A DNA stretch of 64,000 bases, taken from positions 1,754,168 through 1,818,167 of the forward strand of contig NZ_JAJQXW010000001.1 of assembly GCF_021246445.1 (NCBI RefSeq), in the 5' to 3' direction. Both the position numbers and the translations under genes were made by a program. The stretch is from Rhabdothermincola salaria (lineage in GTDB: Bacteria; Actinomycetota; Acidimicrobiia; Acidimicrobiales; Acidimicrobilacustridaceae). Shown one piece after another: positions 19,665-29,356 of this stretch (position 1 is the first letter of the stretch; each line of letters opens with the position of its first letter). The notes under the pieces were generated by a model that had not been told where the DNA came from, did no database searches, and saw only the letters and a list, made by a program, of their open reading frames with translations.

Positions 19665-20519
19665 CTATCGCCTCAGCTCGAGTCGCTCGGCCAGCTGCTC
19701 CATCGCCCGGCGCTTGGCGTCGAGCGTGGCCGCCGCCGGGTCCCCAGGGATCCACGGCATCACCATGGTGGAGGTGACACCGATCTCGGCCAGACGATCG
19801 TGGAGCGCCGCCGTCGGCTGGGCGTTGGGGATGACGAAGACCTCGAACTGGGATCGGCGGTCGTCCGCGTCGCGGCGCAGGTCACCGAGACGGGCCACGA
19901 GAGCCTCGATCTCGTCGAGCCCGTAGTTCATGCCGAGCCAGCCGTCGTGGCGAACGGCTCGCCGCAGTGCCGCCTCGCTGCGGCCTCCGACCCAGATCGG
20001 TGGCGCGTCCTCCGGTACCGGGAACATGCCGACCCTCGGGAGGTCGAAGAACTCGCCGTGGTGCTCCGCCCACCCGTCGTCCCAGAGGTCGGCGATGATC
20101 CCGAGCATCTCGTCCATCCGCCGGCCACGTGTTCTCGGATCGACACCGAACAGCTCGATCTCTTCCGCGAGCCAACCGGCGCCGATGCCGAAGCGGAGAC
20201 GTCCGGGAAAGAGCCCCGCCAGGGTGCCGACCTGCTTGGCGACGCTGAGGGGATCGCGCATCGAGAGGACGTAGACGTAGCTCATGAACCGGAGGCGTTC
20301 GGTGACGGCGGCCATGGCTGCCATGGCGGTGAACGAGTCGGGGAAGTCCGACCGGGCGGTCAACGGGTTCTCGCCGGACGGGTGGACCGATGCGAACGTC
20401 TCGGGGACGGCCACGTGGTCGGCCAGGCCGATGCCCTCGTAGCCGTATTCCTCGGCCATACGGGCGATGGGCAGGAGCTGGTCGAGCGGTTCGAACATCA
20501 CGGGCATCCAGCAGCGCAT
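19665..20519 (-). CDS. LLM-class (probably F420-dependent) oxidoreductase
   Basis: AEEYGYEGIGLADH, GRLRFGIGAGWLAEE, PPIWVGG, RRAVRHDGW. Confidence 0.88.
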   Translation of the reverse strand: MRCWMPVMFEPLDQLLPIARMAEEYGYEGIGLADHVAVPETFASVHPSGENPLTARSDFPDSFTAMAAMAAVTERLRFMSYVYVLSMRDPLSVAKQVGTLAGLFPGRLRFGIGAGWLAEEIELFGVDPRTRGRRMDEMLGIIADLWDDGWAEHHGEFFDLPRVGMFPVPEDAPPIWVGGRSEAALRRAVRHDGWLGMNYGLDEIEALVARLGDLRRDADDRRSQFEVFVIPNAQPTAALHDRLAEIGVTSTMVMPWIPGDPAAATLDAKRRAMEQLAERLELRR

Positions 20520-20534
20520 CGAGCGGACCTTAAC

Positions 20535-20800
20535 TGCCGAGCCCCGTGACAGCGGCCGCCGCGCAGCAAGGCCCGCTCAGACAGCCCGAACGGTCGGCGC
20601 AGCCGGCGAGGCGAGGCTTGCCGAGCCCCGTGACAGCGGCCGCCGCGCAGCAAGGCCCGCTCAGACAGCCCGAACGGTCGGCGCAGCCGGCGAGGCGAGG
20701 CTTGCCGAGCCCCGTGACGTGACAGCGGCCGCCGCGCAGCAAGGCCCGCTCAGACAGCCCGAACGGTCGGCGCAGCCGGCGAGGCGAGGCTTGCCGAGCC
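20535..20800 (+). repeat. tandem array of three 84-bp structured units plus a partial unit
   Basis: Units begin 20535, 20619, 20703 and are identical except a 5-bp GTGAC duplication in unit 3; partial unit at 20792. Confidence 0.95.
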
Positions 20801-20828
20801 GAGCACAAACAACACAGACTCGGTCTCC

Positions 20829-21539
20829 ATGAGCGACTCCGTGACCTACGCCCTCGACGGTGCCGTCGCCGTCATCACCCTCGACGACGGCAAGGCCAAC
20901 GCCCTCGGCCACGAGGCCATCGCCGCGGTCCACGACGGTCTGAGCCGGGCGCGCGAGGACGCGTCGGCGGTCGCCATCATCGGCCGTCCCGGCAAGTTCT
21001 CGGCGGGGTTCGACCTGAGCGTCATGACCTCGGGCACCGACAACGCCCGGGAGCTGCTGCGCGTGGGCGCCGAGCTGGCCATCGAGATCCACGAGTTCCC
21101 CATGCCGGTCGTGCTCGGCGTCACCGGCCACGCGCTGGCCATGGGCGCCATCCTCCTGCTGGCCGCCGACACCCGCATCGGTGGCGACGGCCCGGCCAAG
21201 ATCGGCCTGAACGAGGTCGCCATCGGCATGCCGGTGCCGCGCTTCGCCGTCGAGCTGGCCCGCCATCGCCTGGTGCCGGCCGCCTTCATCCCGGCCATCA
21301 ACCACGCCCGGATCTACGACCCCGAGGGCGCCCACGGCGTCGGGTACCTCGATCAGGTCGTCCCCGCCGACGACGTGCCAGCCGCCGCCGTGGCCCACGC
21401 CGCCCATCTGGGCGAGACGCTGCGCCGCGGGGCCTTCGTGGCCACCCGGGCCAACTGCCGGGGCCAGATCACCGAGCAGCTCCGGCACGACCTCGCGGCC
21501 GATCTGACCGAGTTCGTGGTGGAGCTCCCCGCCAGCTGA
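20829..21539 (+). CDS. crotonase/enoyl-CoA hydratase family protein
   Basis: LDDGKANAL, FSAGFDL, GHALAMGA, IGLNEVAIG. Confidence 0.9.
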   Translation: MSDSVTYALDGAVAVITLDDGKANALGHEAIAAVHDGLSRAREDASAVAIIGRPGKFSAGFDLSVMTSGTDNARELLRVGAELAIEIHEFPMPVVLGVTGHALAMGAILLLAADTRIGGDGPAKIGLNEVAIGMPVPRFAVELARHRLVPAAFIPAINHARIYDPEGAHGVGYLDQVVPADDVPAAAVAHAAHLGETLRRGAFVATRANCRGQITEQLRHDLAADLTEFVVELPAS

Positions 21540-21641
21540 TCCGGGCGGCGCCCGGCGCCGCCCCCGGTCGCCCTCGCGCTTTTCGCTCCTGTCCGCGGCC
21601 CGTCGTGCCGATGGAACTGGGTACGACGAACGCGAGACGAG

Positions 21642-23615
21642 GTGGGACGAGTGAGGAGCGTCGACGAGGACGCTCGCGGACGCGAGAGGGCGGTGCCGGC
21701 GCCGGGCGTGCTGGAGGACCTGGTGGCGGCCGGGCCCATGGTGATGCTGACGGCCGTGCTCGGCCCGGACACCGAGCGAGGCTCGGCACTGTCGCTCGAC
21801 TACGTGAGCCCCAACTGCAGTCGGGTGCTGGGGTACCCCGCGTCGTCGATCACGGGCTCCCCCGAGGCGTTCGCGGCTCGCGTCCACCCCGACGACGAGG
21901 CCACGCTGCTGCGGGCGGCCGCCGAGGCCGTCGGCGCACCGGGCCGGCGGGTCCCCCTCGAGCTCCGGCTGCGCCACCTCGACGGCTCGTGGCGGTGGAT
22001 GGAAGGCATGCTGCGAGGTCATGCCACCGACCGTTCACGGGTCCTCGGCTACGCGGTGGACGGCACCGCCCGCCACCAGGCCGAGACCGCCCAGCGCCGC
22101 AGCGAGTCACGCCTGGCGGCCTTCGTCGACAACAGTGCGGCGATCATCAGCCTGAAGGACCCGTTCGGTCGCTACCAGTTCGTGAACCGGGCCTTCGCCG
22201 ATCTGGTGGGCGCGCCCGCCGATCGGGTGGTGGGCACCGACGACTTCGACCACTGGCCGGAGGCCGCCGCCGCCGTCCGGGGCCACGACCAGCAGGTCCT
22301 GGTGGGACGCAACGAGCTGCAGTTCGAAGAGGTGCTCCCGCTCCCCGACGGGCCCCACACGTTCCTCGCCCAGAAGTTCCCCCTGCTCGACGACGACGGG
22401 GTCCCCACCGCGATCGGCACGGTCGCCACCGACATCACCGAGCTGACCACCGTGCTCGACACGCTGGCCGCTCGGGAACGGGTCCTCTCCACCGTCATCG
22501 GGGCGTCTCCCGACGTGATCACCATCCTCGAGGAGGACGGCGTGATCCGCACGACGAGCATCGCCTTCGAGCGGATCTTCGGCCATCCGACCCGGGCGCT
22601 GGTCGACCGGTGCCTCTTCGACGTGGTCCACCCCGACGACGTCGCCGCCGTCCGCCAGGGCTTCGCGCGCCTCGCCACCGACGCCGACCACCGCACCACG
22701 CTGCGCTTCCGGGCCCGGCGGGCCGACCACCAGTGGGTCACCATCGAGTCGCACGCCCAGCTCATGGTCGACCAGCACGACCAACACGACGGCGTGGTGA
22801 TGGTGAGCCGCGACATCTCTGATCAGATCGCGCTGGAGGCGGCCCTGCGCGAAGCCAAGGAGCACGCCGAACGAGCCAGCAAGGCCAAGAGCGAGTTCCT
22901 GTCGCGCATCAGCCACGAGCTGCGCACCCCGCTCAACGCCATGCTCGGGTTCGCGCAGCTGCTCGAGGTCGAGGAGCTGGCCGAGCCCGCTCCGGAGTTC
23001 GTGGCCCAGATCCTGCGGGCGGGCGACCACCTCCTCAGCCTCATCAACGACCTGCTCGACATCGGACGGATCGAGACCGAGCACCTGAACCTCCACCTCG
23101 AACCGATCGACGCCACCCGCGCCCTCGCCGAGGTGGCCGAGCTGGCCGGTCCCCTGGCTGCCCGTTCGTCGGTGACGCTGGCCGCGGCCCGGCCGGGAAC
23201 GCAGGCCGTGGCGGTCCTCGCCGATCGCCAGCGCCTCCTGCAGGTCCTGTTGAACCTCACGTCGAACGCCATCAAGTACAACCACCCCGGGGGGCGGGTC
23301 GACCTCGAAGCCATCCGTACCGACGACGGGCGAGTCCAGCTCACGGTCGCCGACACGGGGCGCGGGCTCGAACCCGAGCAGGTGGACCGGCTCTTCGTGC
23401 CGTTCGACCGGTTGGGGTTGGAGCACACCGGCATCGAGGGGTCGGGCGTGGGCCTGGCCCTGTCGCGCGGCCTGACCGAGAAGATGGGCGGGACCCTGGG
23501 CGTCCGGTCGGCGCCCGGCGTGGGCTCCACCTTCTGGGTCGACCTCCCCCTCGCCGGCGCCGATCCCTCCACCGCCCTGCCCTCTGCCCCTCTCTCCCCC
23601 GGAGACCATCGATGA
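21642..23615 (+). CDS. multi-PAS sensor histidine kinase
   Basis: Three PAS-like repeats (two with VHPDD), H-box SHELRTPLNA, NLTSNAIKY, DTGRG, GSGVGL; start approximate. Confidence 0.92.
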   Translation: MGRVRSVDEDARGRERAVPAPGVLEDLVAAGPMVMLTAVLGPDTERGSALSLDYVSPNCSRVLGYPASSITGSPEAFAARVHPDDEATLLRAAAEAVGAPGRRVPLELRLRHLDGSWRWMEGMLRGHATDRSRVLGYAVDGTARHQAETAQRRSESRLAAFVDNSAAIISLKDPFGRYQFVNRAFADLVGAPADRVVGTDDFDHWPEAAAAVRGHDQQVLVGRNELQFEEVLPLPDGPHTFLAQKFPLLDDDGVPTAIGTVATDITELTTVLDTLAARERVLSTVIGASPDVITILEEDGVIRTTSIAFERIFGHPTRALVDRCLFDVVHPDDVAAVRQGFARLATDADHRTTLRFRARRADHQWVTIESHAQLMVDQHDQHDGVVMVSRDISDQIALEAALREAKEHAERASKAKSEFLSRISHELRTPLNAMLGFAQLLEVEELAEPAPEFVAQILRAGDHLLSLINDLLDIGRIETEHLNLHLEPIDATRALAEVAELAGPLAARSSVTLAAARPGTQAVAVLADRQRLLQVLLNLTSNAIKYNHPGGRVDLEAIRTDDGRVQLTVADTGRGLEPEQVDRLFVPFDRLGLEHTGIEGSGVGLALSRGLTEKMGGTLGVRSAPGVGSTFWVDLPLAGADPSTALPSAPLSPGDHR

Positions 23616-24910
23616 CCATCTCGCCCGGCCCGGGTCCGGTCGCCCCCGACGCCACCGCCACGACCAACGCCCGCATCCTCATCGTCGACGACGAGGAGAC
23701 CAACCTGCTCGTGCTGCGCACGATGCTCGAGCGCGCCGGCTACACCAACATCCTCACGCTGAGCGAGTCGTCGTCGGCCGTCGAGCGCTTCGTCGCGTTC
23801 GAACCCGACCTGGTCCTGTTGGACCTGCACATGCCTCCCCCCGACGGGTTCGAGATCATGGCCCAGCTGGAGCCCCTGATCCCGGCCGGGAGCTACGTGC
23901 CGATCCTGGTGCTCACCGCGGACGTCACCGACTCCACCCGGGAGCGGGCCCTGGCCATGGGGGCCCGGGACTTCCTCACCAAGCCCTTCCGCTACAACGA
24001 GCTGCTCCTGCGCCTCAACAACCTCCTCGAGACGCGGGCCCTGCACTCGCGGCTCCACCGCGACAAGGCCATCCTCGAGGCCCGCATGCGCGAGCAGGAG
24101 GCCACCGAGCGGGCCAACGCCGAACGCCGGCGGACGGCCAGTCGTCGCATCGAAGCCGTGCTGGCCGCCGACCAGACCCCGGCCGCCCACGAGGGCGGCG
24201 TCCGCCTGACGATGGTCTACCAACCGATCATGGACCTGTTGACCGGCCAGGTGCTGGGGGCCGAGGCGCTGGCCCGCTTCGGCACCGAGCCCCAGCGCAG
24301 CCCCGCCCAGTGGTTCACCGAGGCGGCGGAGGTGGGCCTCGGCATCCAGCTGGAGCTGGCCGCCATCCGCCGGGCCGCGGAGGGCTTGTCGCTGTTGCCC
24401 CCCAACGCCTACCTGGCCGCCAACGCGTCGGCCGAGACGTTGCGGTCCCCTGCCCTGCTCGACCTCGTGGCCACGCTGCCCGGGCGCCGCCTGGTCCTGG
24501 AGCTCACCGAGCACGAACGGTCGGTCGACCACTCGACCCTCGTCGCCCCGGTCGAGAGGCTGCGCCGCCTCGGCGTGCGTCTGGCCGTCGACGACGCCGG
24601 GGCCGGGTTCGCCAGCCTGCAGCAGATCCTCGTGCTGAACCCCGACATCATCAAGCTGGACCGCTCCTTCATCGAAGGGGTCGCCGACGACCCGGTCCGA
24701 CGGGCGCTCACCACCGCGCTGCTCTCCTTCACCGAGCAGATCGGCGCAGTGCTGGTGGCCGAGGGCATCGCCACCCCCCAGGAGCTGCTGGCCATGCGCG
24801 AGCTCGGGTTGCGCCACGGCCAGGGCCGCTTCCTCGGCGAACCGCAGGCGCTGCCCTTCGACCCCGACCGCCTGGCCCACCTCGGCGAAGGTTCCGGCAG
24901 CCCGGGCTGA
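23612..24910 (+). CDS. response regulator with EAL phosphodiesterase domain
   Basis: REC (ILIVDD, LLDLHMP, KPF); EAL domain (YQPI, EALARF, ELTE, DDAGAG, IKLD, AEGI); ATGA overlap with kinase. Confidence 0.9.
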   Translation: MTISPGPGPVAPDATATTNARILIVDDEETNLLVLRTMLERAGYTNILTLSESSSAVERFVAFEPDLVLLDLHMPPPDGFEIMAQLEPLIPAGSYVPILVLTADVTDSTRERALAMGARDFLTKPFRYNELLLRLNNLLETRALHSRLHRDKAILEARMREQEATERANAERRRTASRRIEAVLAADQTPAAHEGGVRLTMVYQPIMDLLTGQVLGAEALARFGTEPQRSPAQWFTEAAEVGLGIQLELAAIRRAAEGLSLLPPNAYLAANASAETLRSPALLDLVATLPGRRLVLELTEHERSVDHSTLVAPVERLRRLGVRLAVDDAGAGFASLQQILVLNPDIIKLDRSFIEGVADDPVRRALTTALLSFTEQIGAVLVAEGIATPQELLAMRELGLRHGQGRFLGEPQALPFDPDRLAHLGEGSGSPG

Positions 24911-24963
24911 ACCGGTGACCTGTCGACGGGCCCCGACGGGGCCGCGTCCCGGTCGAGGCCCCG

Positions 24964-25758
24964 TCAGAAGACCGCCGCCTGGTCCCCCGGGCCGGCACCG
25001 GCGACCACCACGAAACGGGGCGAGGTGGCGATCAACTCGGCGGCCACCGGCCCCACCGGCGACCCGGCGGAGGGCACCCCCCGGCCCACCATGACCACGG
25101 CGTCGGGTCGTCGTCCGGCCACCGCCACCATGGTCGCGGCCGGCCGGTCGGAGGCCAGGACCTCCAACGACGCGCCCGGCACCTCGGCCACCAGGGCGTC
25201 GAAGCGCTGCTGGACCTGGGCCATGGTGTCGTGATCGGTGGTCGAGACGACCGACACCACCCGCACGTCGACCCGGAGCCCCTGGCCCCATCGGGCGGCC
25301 AGGGCCAAGGCGTCCGCCGACGCCGCGCCGTCGTCGAGAACGAGGACCTCGACCATGTTGAGGCCGCGGCTCACGTCGGCCTCGGGGCCGATCACCAGCA
25401 CCGGGGCGTCGATCTCGGTGAACACCTGCCGGGGAGGCGGGATCGACCGGCGCCGGCGGAGGAGGCCCGACTTCCGATAGCGGGACGCCACGCACAGGAT
25501 CGGGTGCGCCCGATGGCGGGCGGCCTCGACGAGGGCGTCGCCCACCCCGACATCGAGGTCGACCCAGAAGTCGACGTCGGCGCCGCTCATCGAGATGGCC
25601 TGCGACTTGAGCACCAGGCGCGACTCTTCGTCCGCCGCGGGCGTGGTGTTGACCACGACGATCTTGGCCCGGCACCGCCAGGCCAGGTCTGCCGCCGGAG
25701 CCAACGCCGCTCGCAGCTCCAGGCTGCTGTCGAACGGAACGATGACGTTGTCGTACAT
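24964..25758 (-). CDS. universal stress protein (tandem USP, divergent)
   Basis: MYDNVIVPFDSS start, two USP-like halves ending APVLVIGP and SPRFVVV. Confidence 0.7.
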   Translation of the reverse strand: MYDNVIVPFDSSLELRAALAPAADLAWRCRAKIVVVNTTPAADEESRLVLKSQAISMSGADVDFWVDLDVGVGDALVEAARHRAHPILCVASRYRKSGLLRRRRSIPPPRQVFTEIDAPVLVIGPEADVSRGLNMVEVLVLDDGAASADALALAARWGQGLRVDVRVVSVVSTTDHDTMAQVQQRFDALVAEVPGASLEVLASDRPAATMVAVAGRRPDAVVMVGRGVPSAGSPVGPVAAELIATSPRFVVVAGAGPGDQAAVF

Positions 25759-25959
25759 GTGGGCCCCATCATGCCCCGGCCGCTCCGGCGGGGGGGGGGG
25801 GAAGGACCGCTCGCGCTCAGCGCGATGGGACGCCGACTGCTTCTGACGCCGTCGACGCGGTGGTCGAGCTCCCCGCCTCGTCGTGACCTTCGGCGGTGTC
25901 CACCCGGTGGTCGCCTCGGTACGGTGCTCCTGTCCGTGCGATGTCACGAGGAGACGACC

Positions 25960-26298
25960 ATGAGTGACCAGGACCTGGAAGCACGAGTCGCCGCGCTGGA
26001 AGAGCAGCTGCACGCGCTGCGATCCGAGCTGGTGGAAGGCCAGCTCGACGAGTGGAAGGCCCGCATCGACCAGTTGGAGGTGCAGGCCCACCTCGGCCAG
26101 ATGGACGCGAGGGGCGAGATCGAACCGCTCCTCGAGCAGATGCGCAACCGGCTGCTCGACGCCCGCCAGCAGCTGGATCGGGTGGGCGGCGCCGCCGGCG
26201 ACGCGGTGTCCACCGTGTCCGATGGGGTCAAGAGCGCGCTCGACGACCTGCGCAAGGCCCTCTCCGACGCCGCCGAGCGGATCACCCCCGGCCGCTGA
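25960..26298 (+). CDS. small helical/coiled-coil hypothetical protein
   Basis: GAGGAG RBS, 112 aa, QLDEWKARIDQLEVQAHLGQMDAR. Confidence 0.7.
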   Translation: MSDQDLEARVAALEEQLHALRSELVEGQLDEWKARIDQLEVQAHLGQMDARGEIEPLLEQMRNRLLDARQQLDRVGGAAGDAVSTVSDGVKSALDDLRKALSDAAERITPGR

Positions 26299-26385
26299 CC
26301 CTCGCCGGCCGACGGATCGGCGCCCCGGCGCCCCGGGCCCTCCGAGACCGCCGCAGCCTCCTCGTGAGCCGAGGTGGGCCCGGTG

Positions 26386-27246
26386 TCAGCCGTGGGCGTC
26401 GAGCCAGGCCACCACCTCGGAGGTGATCTCGTCGCGGTTGATCTCGTTGAAGATCTCGTGGCGCGCCCCCTCGTGCACCGAGAGGGTGACGTCGGCCCCG
26501 GCGGCCCGGTAGCGGTCGGCGACCAGCTCGACGAGCGCACCCCCGAAGGCCAACGGGTCGTCGCGACCCGACACCACGAGGATGGGGAAGCCGTCGGGCA
26601 CCGCGTCGATCTCGGCCTGGTCGCCCAGCCGGGGTGCGGCCGCGACCATGGAGGCCGTCGACGGGCCGTCGAGACCGAAGCCACAGCGGTCGTCGGCGAG
26701 GTAGGCGTCGACCTCGGCGGTGTCGCGGCTGAGCCAGTCGTAGTCGGTGCGGGCCGGTTCGAACGGTGCGTTGAAGGCGGTGAGGTCGGCCGGCTGGTCG
26801 GGATCGAGCGCCCCGGCGATCTGGTCGACCGCGGTGGTGCCCGACAGCACCAGCGCCGCCAACCGGTCGGCGTGGTCGAGCACGTACTGCTGGGCGGCGA
26901 AGCTGCCCATCGAGTGCCCCAGCAGCACCACCGACAGCCCCGGGTGGCGACCGGCGGCGAAGGCGACGATCCGCCCGAGGTCGTCGACCAACCCGTCCCA
27001 GCCCCGTGCCCCGAGGTCGCCCAACGCCTCGGGGGCGCCGGCGGTGAGGCCGTGGCCGCGGTGGTCCGGGGCGTACACCGCCCAACCGGCCGCGGTGAGG
27101 GCACCGGCCAGGCGGGCGTAGCGCCCGGCGTGCTCGCCCATGCCGTGGGCCACCACCACCACGCCGCGGGCGTCGCCCGACGGAAGCCAGACGTGGACGA
27201 CGACCTCGCCGTCGGAGGAGGGGACGGTGACGGTGGACTCGACCAT
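26386..27246 (-). CDS. alpha/beta hydrolase (lysophospholipase-like)
   Basis: HGMGEHAGRY, DHRGHG, GHSMG, ARHEIFNE. Confidence 0.92.
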   Translation of the reverse strand: MVESTVTVPSSDGEVVVHVWLPSGDARGVVVVAHGMGEHAGRYARLAGALTAAGWAVYAPDHRGHGLTAGAPEALGDLGARGWDGLVDDLGRIVAFAAGRHPGLSVVLLGHSMGSFAAQQYVLDHADRLAALVLSGTTAVDQIAGALDPDQPADLTAFNAPFEPARTDYDWLSRDTAEVDAYLADDRCGFGLDGPSTASMVAAAPRLGDQAEIDAVPDGFPILVVSGRDDPLAFGGALVELVADRYRAAGADVTLSVHEGARHEIFNEINRDEITSEVVAWLDAHG

Positions 27247-27370
27247 GGGTGCCAGTCTGGCCGCACCGCCGCTCCTCGTGCCGGGCGCACCGGGCCGCTG
27301 GGGACCCATGGCCCTGGCCCGTCGGGGCCGCCGTCGGGCAGGATCGGGGCAGGCCACCGAGGAGTCCTCC

Positions 27371-28165
27371 ATGTTGCGAACGTTCGTGGTCCCGCTCGAC
27401 GAGTCCGAGCGGGCCGAGGCCGTGCTCCCGCTCGCCACCGAGCTCGCCGACGCGTTCGGGGCCGAGGTGGTGCTCGTCACCGCGGGCTGGGGCCGCACCG
27501 CCGAGGCCCTCACCGCCTACCACCACGACCTCGCTCCCCGTCTGGGGGCCGTGCCCTGGCGCTCGGCGGTCGTGCCCGACACGTTCCCCGCCGACGCCAT
27601 CCGGGACCTCACCCCCGACGACGGTGCCGTGGTCATGACCACCAAGGGGCGCCAGGGCCTGGCCCGGGTGGTGTTGGGCTCCGTGGCCGAGGACGTCGTC
27701 GGCACCGCCCATCGCCCCGTGCTCCTGGCCGGCCCGTCGGCCACCGTCGCCCCGCTGACCGACGGCGACCTCGTGGTGACCTGCGACGGGGGTGAGCTGT
27801 CGTCCACCGTCGTCGACCACGCCGTCCCGTGGGCGCAGACCCTGGGGCTCTCGGTGCGGGTCGTCGCCGTCGTCCACGCCGACGGCACCCCGCTCGGCGG
27901 GGGTGACCCCGAGACCCTCCACCACCAGCTCACCGAGAGCGCCGAGGCGTTCCGCTCCGCCGGGTGCCCGGTGCACGTCGAACGCCTCGTCGCCAAAGAC
28001 GCCGCGAGCGCGCTCGTCGACCTGGCCCGACGCCTGCCCGCCACGCTGGTGGCCATGAGCACCCACGCCCGAGGTGGGATCGCCCGGGCCGCCCTCGGCA
28101 GCACCACCATGGCGGTCGTTCGAGACGTCTCGTGCCCGGTGCTCGTCTACCGGCCGGAGGGCTGA
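27371..28165 (+). CDS. universal stress protein (tandem USP)
   Basis: VVPLDES, GRQGLARVVLGSVAE, RGGIARAALGSTT..CPVLV; GAGGAG RBS. Confidence 0.88.
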   Translation: MLRTFVVPLDESERAEAVLPLATELADAFGAEVVLVTAGWGRTAEALTAYHHDLAPRLGAVPWRSAVVPDTFPADAIRDLTPDDGAVVMTTKGRQGLARVVLGSVAEDVVGTAHRPVLLAGPSATVAPLTDGDLVVTCDGGELSSTVVDHAVPWAQTLGLSVRVVAVVHADGTPLGGGDPETLHHQLTESAEAFRSAGCPVHVERLVAKDAASALVDLARRLPATLVAMSTHARGGIARAALGSTTMAVVRDVSCPVLVYRPEG

Positions 28166-28172
28166 CGCCGCC

Positions 28173-29201
28173 GTGGGACGGGCATGGGTGCTGCGCCGTC
28201 CGGGCCCCGCCGGCGCCGACGGGCCCCTGGAGCTGGAGGCGCGTGACGTGCCCCGCCCCGGGCCAGGTGAGGTCGTCCTCGCGGTGTCCGCCTGCGCCGT
28301 GTGCCGCACCGACCTGCAGCTCGTCGAGGGCGACCTCCCGGCGCGACGGCTGCCCATCGTGCCCGGCCACCAGGTCGTGGGCCACGTGGTGGCCGTCGGC
28401 GACGGCGTGCGCGCCCCGGCGGTCGGGGCACGCGTGGGCGTGGCCTGGATCGCGTCGAGCTGCGGTCGCTGCCGCTTCTGTCGATCGGGCCGCGAGAACC
28501 TGTGCCCGGACAGCACCTTCACCGGCTGGGACCGCGACGGCGGCTACGCCACCCACATGGTGGCGCGGGCCGACGCCACCGCCGAGCTGCCCGACGGCCT
28601 GGGTGACGTGGAGGCCGCTCCGTTGCTGTGCGGCGGAGTCATCGGCCATCGGTCCCTCGGGGTGGCCGGCATCGGCCCCGAGTCCGCCGGCGCCCGCCTC
28701 GGCCTGTTCGGGTTCGGGGCATCGGCCACGTGCGTCATCCAGGTGGCCCGCCACTGGGGCGTGGAGGTGCACGTGTGCACCCGCTCCCCGCAGGAGCAGC
28801 AGAGAGCCCGGGATCTCGGGGCGACCTGGGCCGGCAGCTACGAGGAGGCGCCGCCGGTGCCGCTCGACGCTGCCATCACGTTCGCCCCCGTCGGTTCGGT
28901 GGTGTTGGCTGCCCTCGACGCCGTCGATCGGGGTGGCGTCGTGGCCATCAACGCCATCCACCTCGACCGGATCCCCGAGTTCGCCTACGAACGGCTGTGG
29001 TGGGAGCGGTCGTTGCGCAGCGTGGCCAACGTCACCCACGCCGACGTCCACGACTTCCTGGCCCTCGCCGCCGAGGTGCCCGTGCGCACCGAGTTCGAGG
29101 TGCTCGCGCTCGACGAGGCCAACGCCGGCTTGGCTCGCCTGGCGGCCGGCGACGTGCAGGGATCGCTCGTCCTCGACGTGGCCTCCTCGGGTGATGGGTG
29201 A
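28173..29201 (+). CDS. zinc-binding alcohol dehydrogenase family protein
   Basis: VCRTDL, PGHQVVG, CGRCRFC..ENLC, APLLCGG, GFGASA; start approximate. Confidence 0.9.
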   Translation: MGRAWVLRRPGPAGADGPLELEARDVPRPGPGEVVLAVSACAVCRTDLQLVEGDLPARRLPIVPGHQVVGHVVAVGDGVRAPAVGARVGVAWIASSCGRCRFCRSGRENLCPDSTFTGWDRDGGYATHMVARADATAELPDGLGDVEAAPLLCGGVIGHRSLGVAGIGPESAGARLGLFGFGASATCVIQVARHWGVEVHVCTRSPQEQQRARDLGATWAGSYEEAPPVPLDAAITFAPVGSVVLAALDAVDRGGVVAINAIHLDRIPEFAYERLWWERSLRSVANVTHADVHDFLALAAEVPVRTEFEVLALDEANAGLARLAAGDVQGSLVLDVASSGDG

Positions 29202-29356
29202 CGGGTGACGGGTGACGCCCAACGTTCGCCCAGGCGTCACCGCCCGGTCAGACCGAGGCCGCCTCCCCGACGATCCGACCCGGGAGACTGCACGACATCA
29301 GGGGAGGCCCCGCAATCCAGGCGAGGCGCCCCGAGGACGCAGAACCGGGAGTTGTC

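Noticed and set aside
20535..20800. Possible CRISPR array
   Set aside because: Units are identical over their full 84 bp with no unique spacers; no cas genes in the window
29197..29241. GGGTGAC x3 plus GGTGACGCC...GGCGTCACC hairpin
   Set aside because: Short and most simply a terminator-like hairpin after the ADH gene
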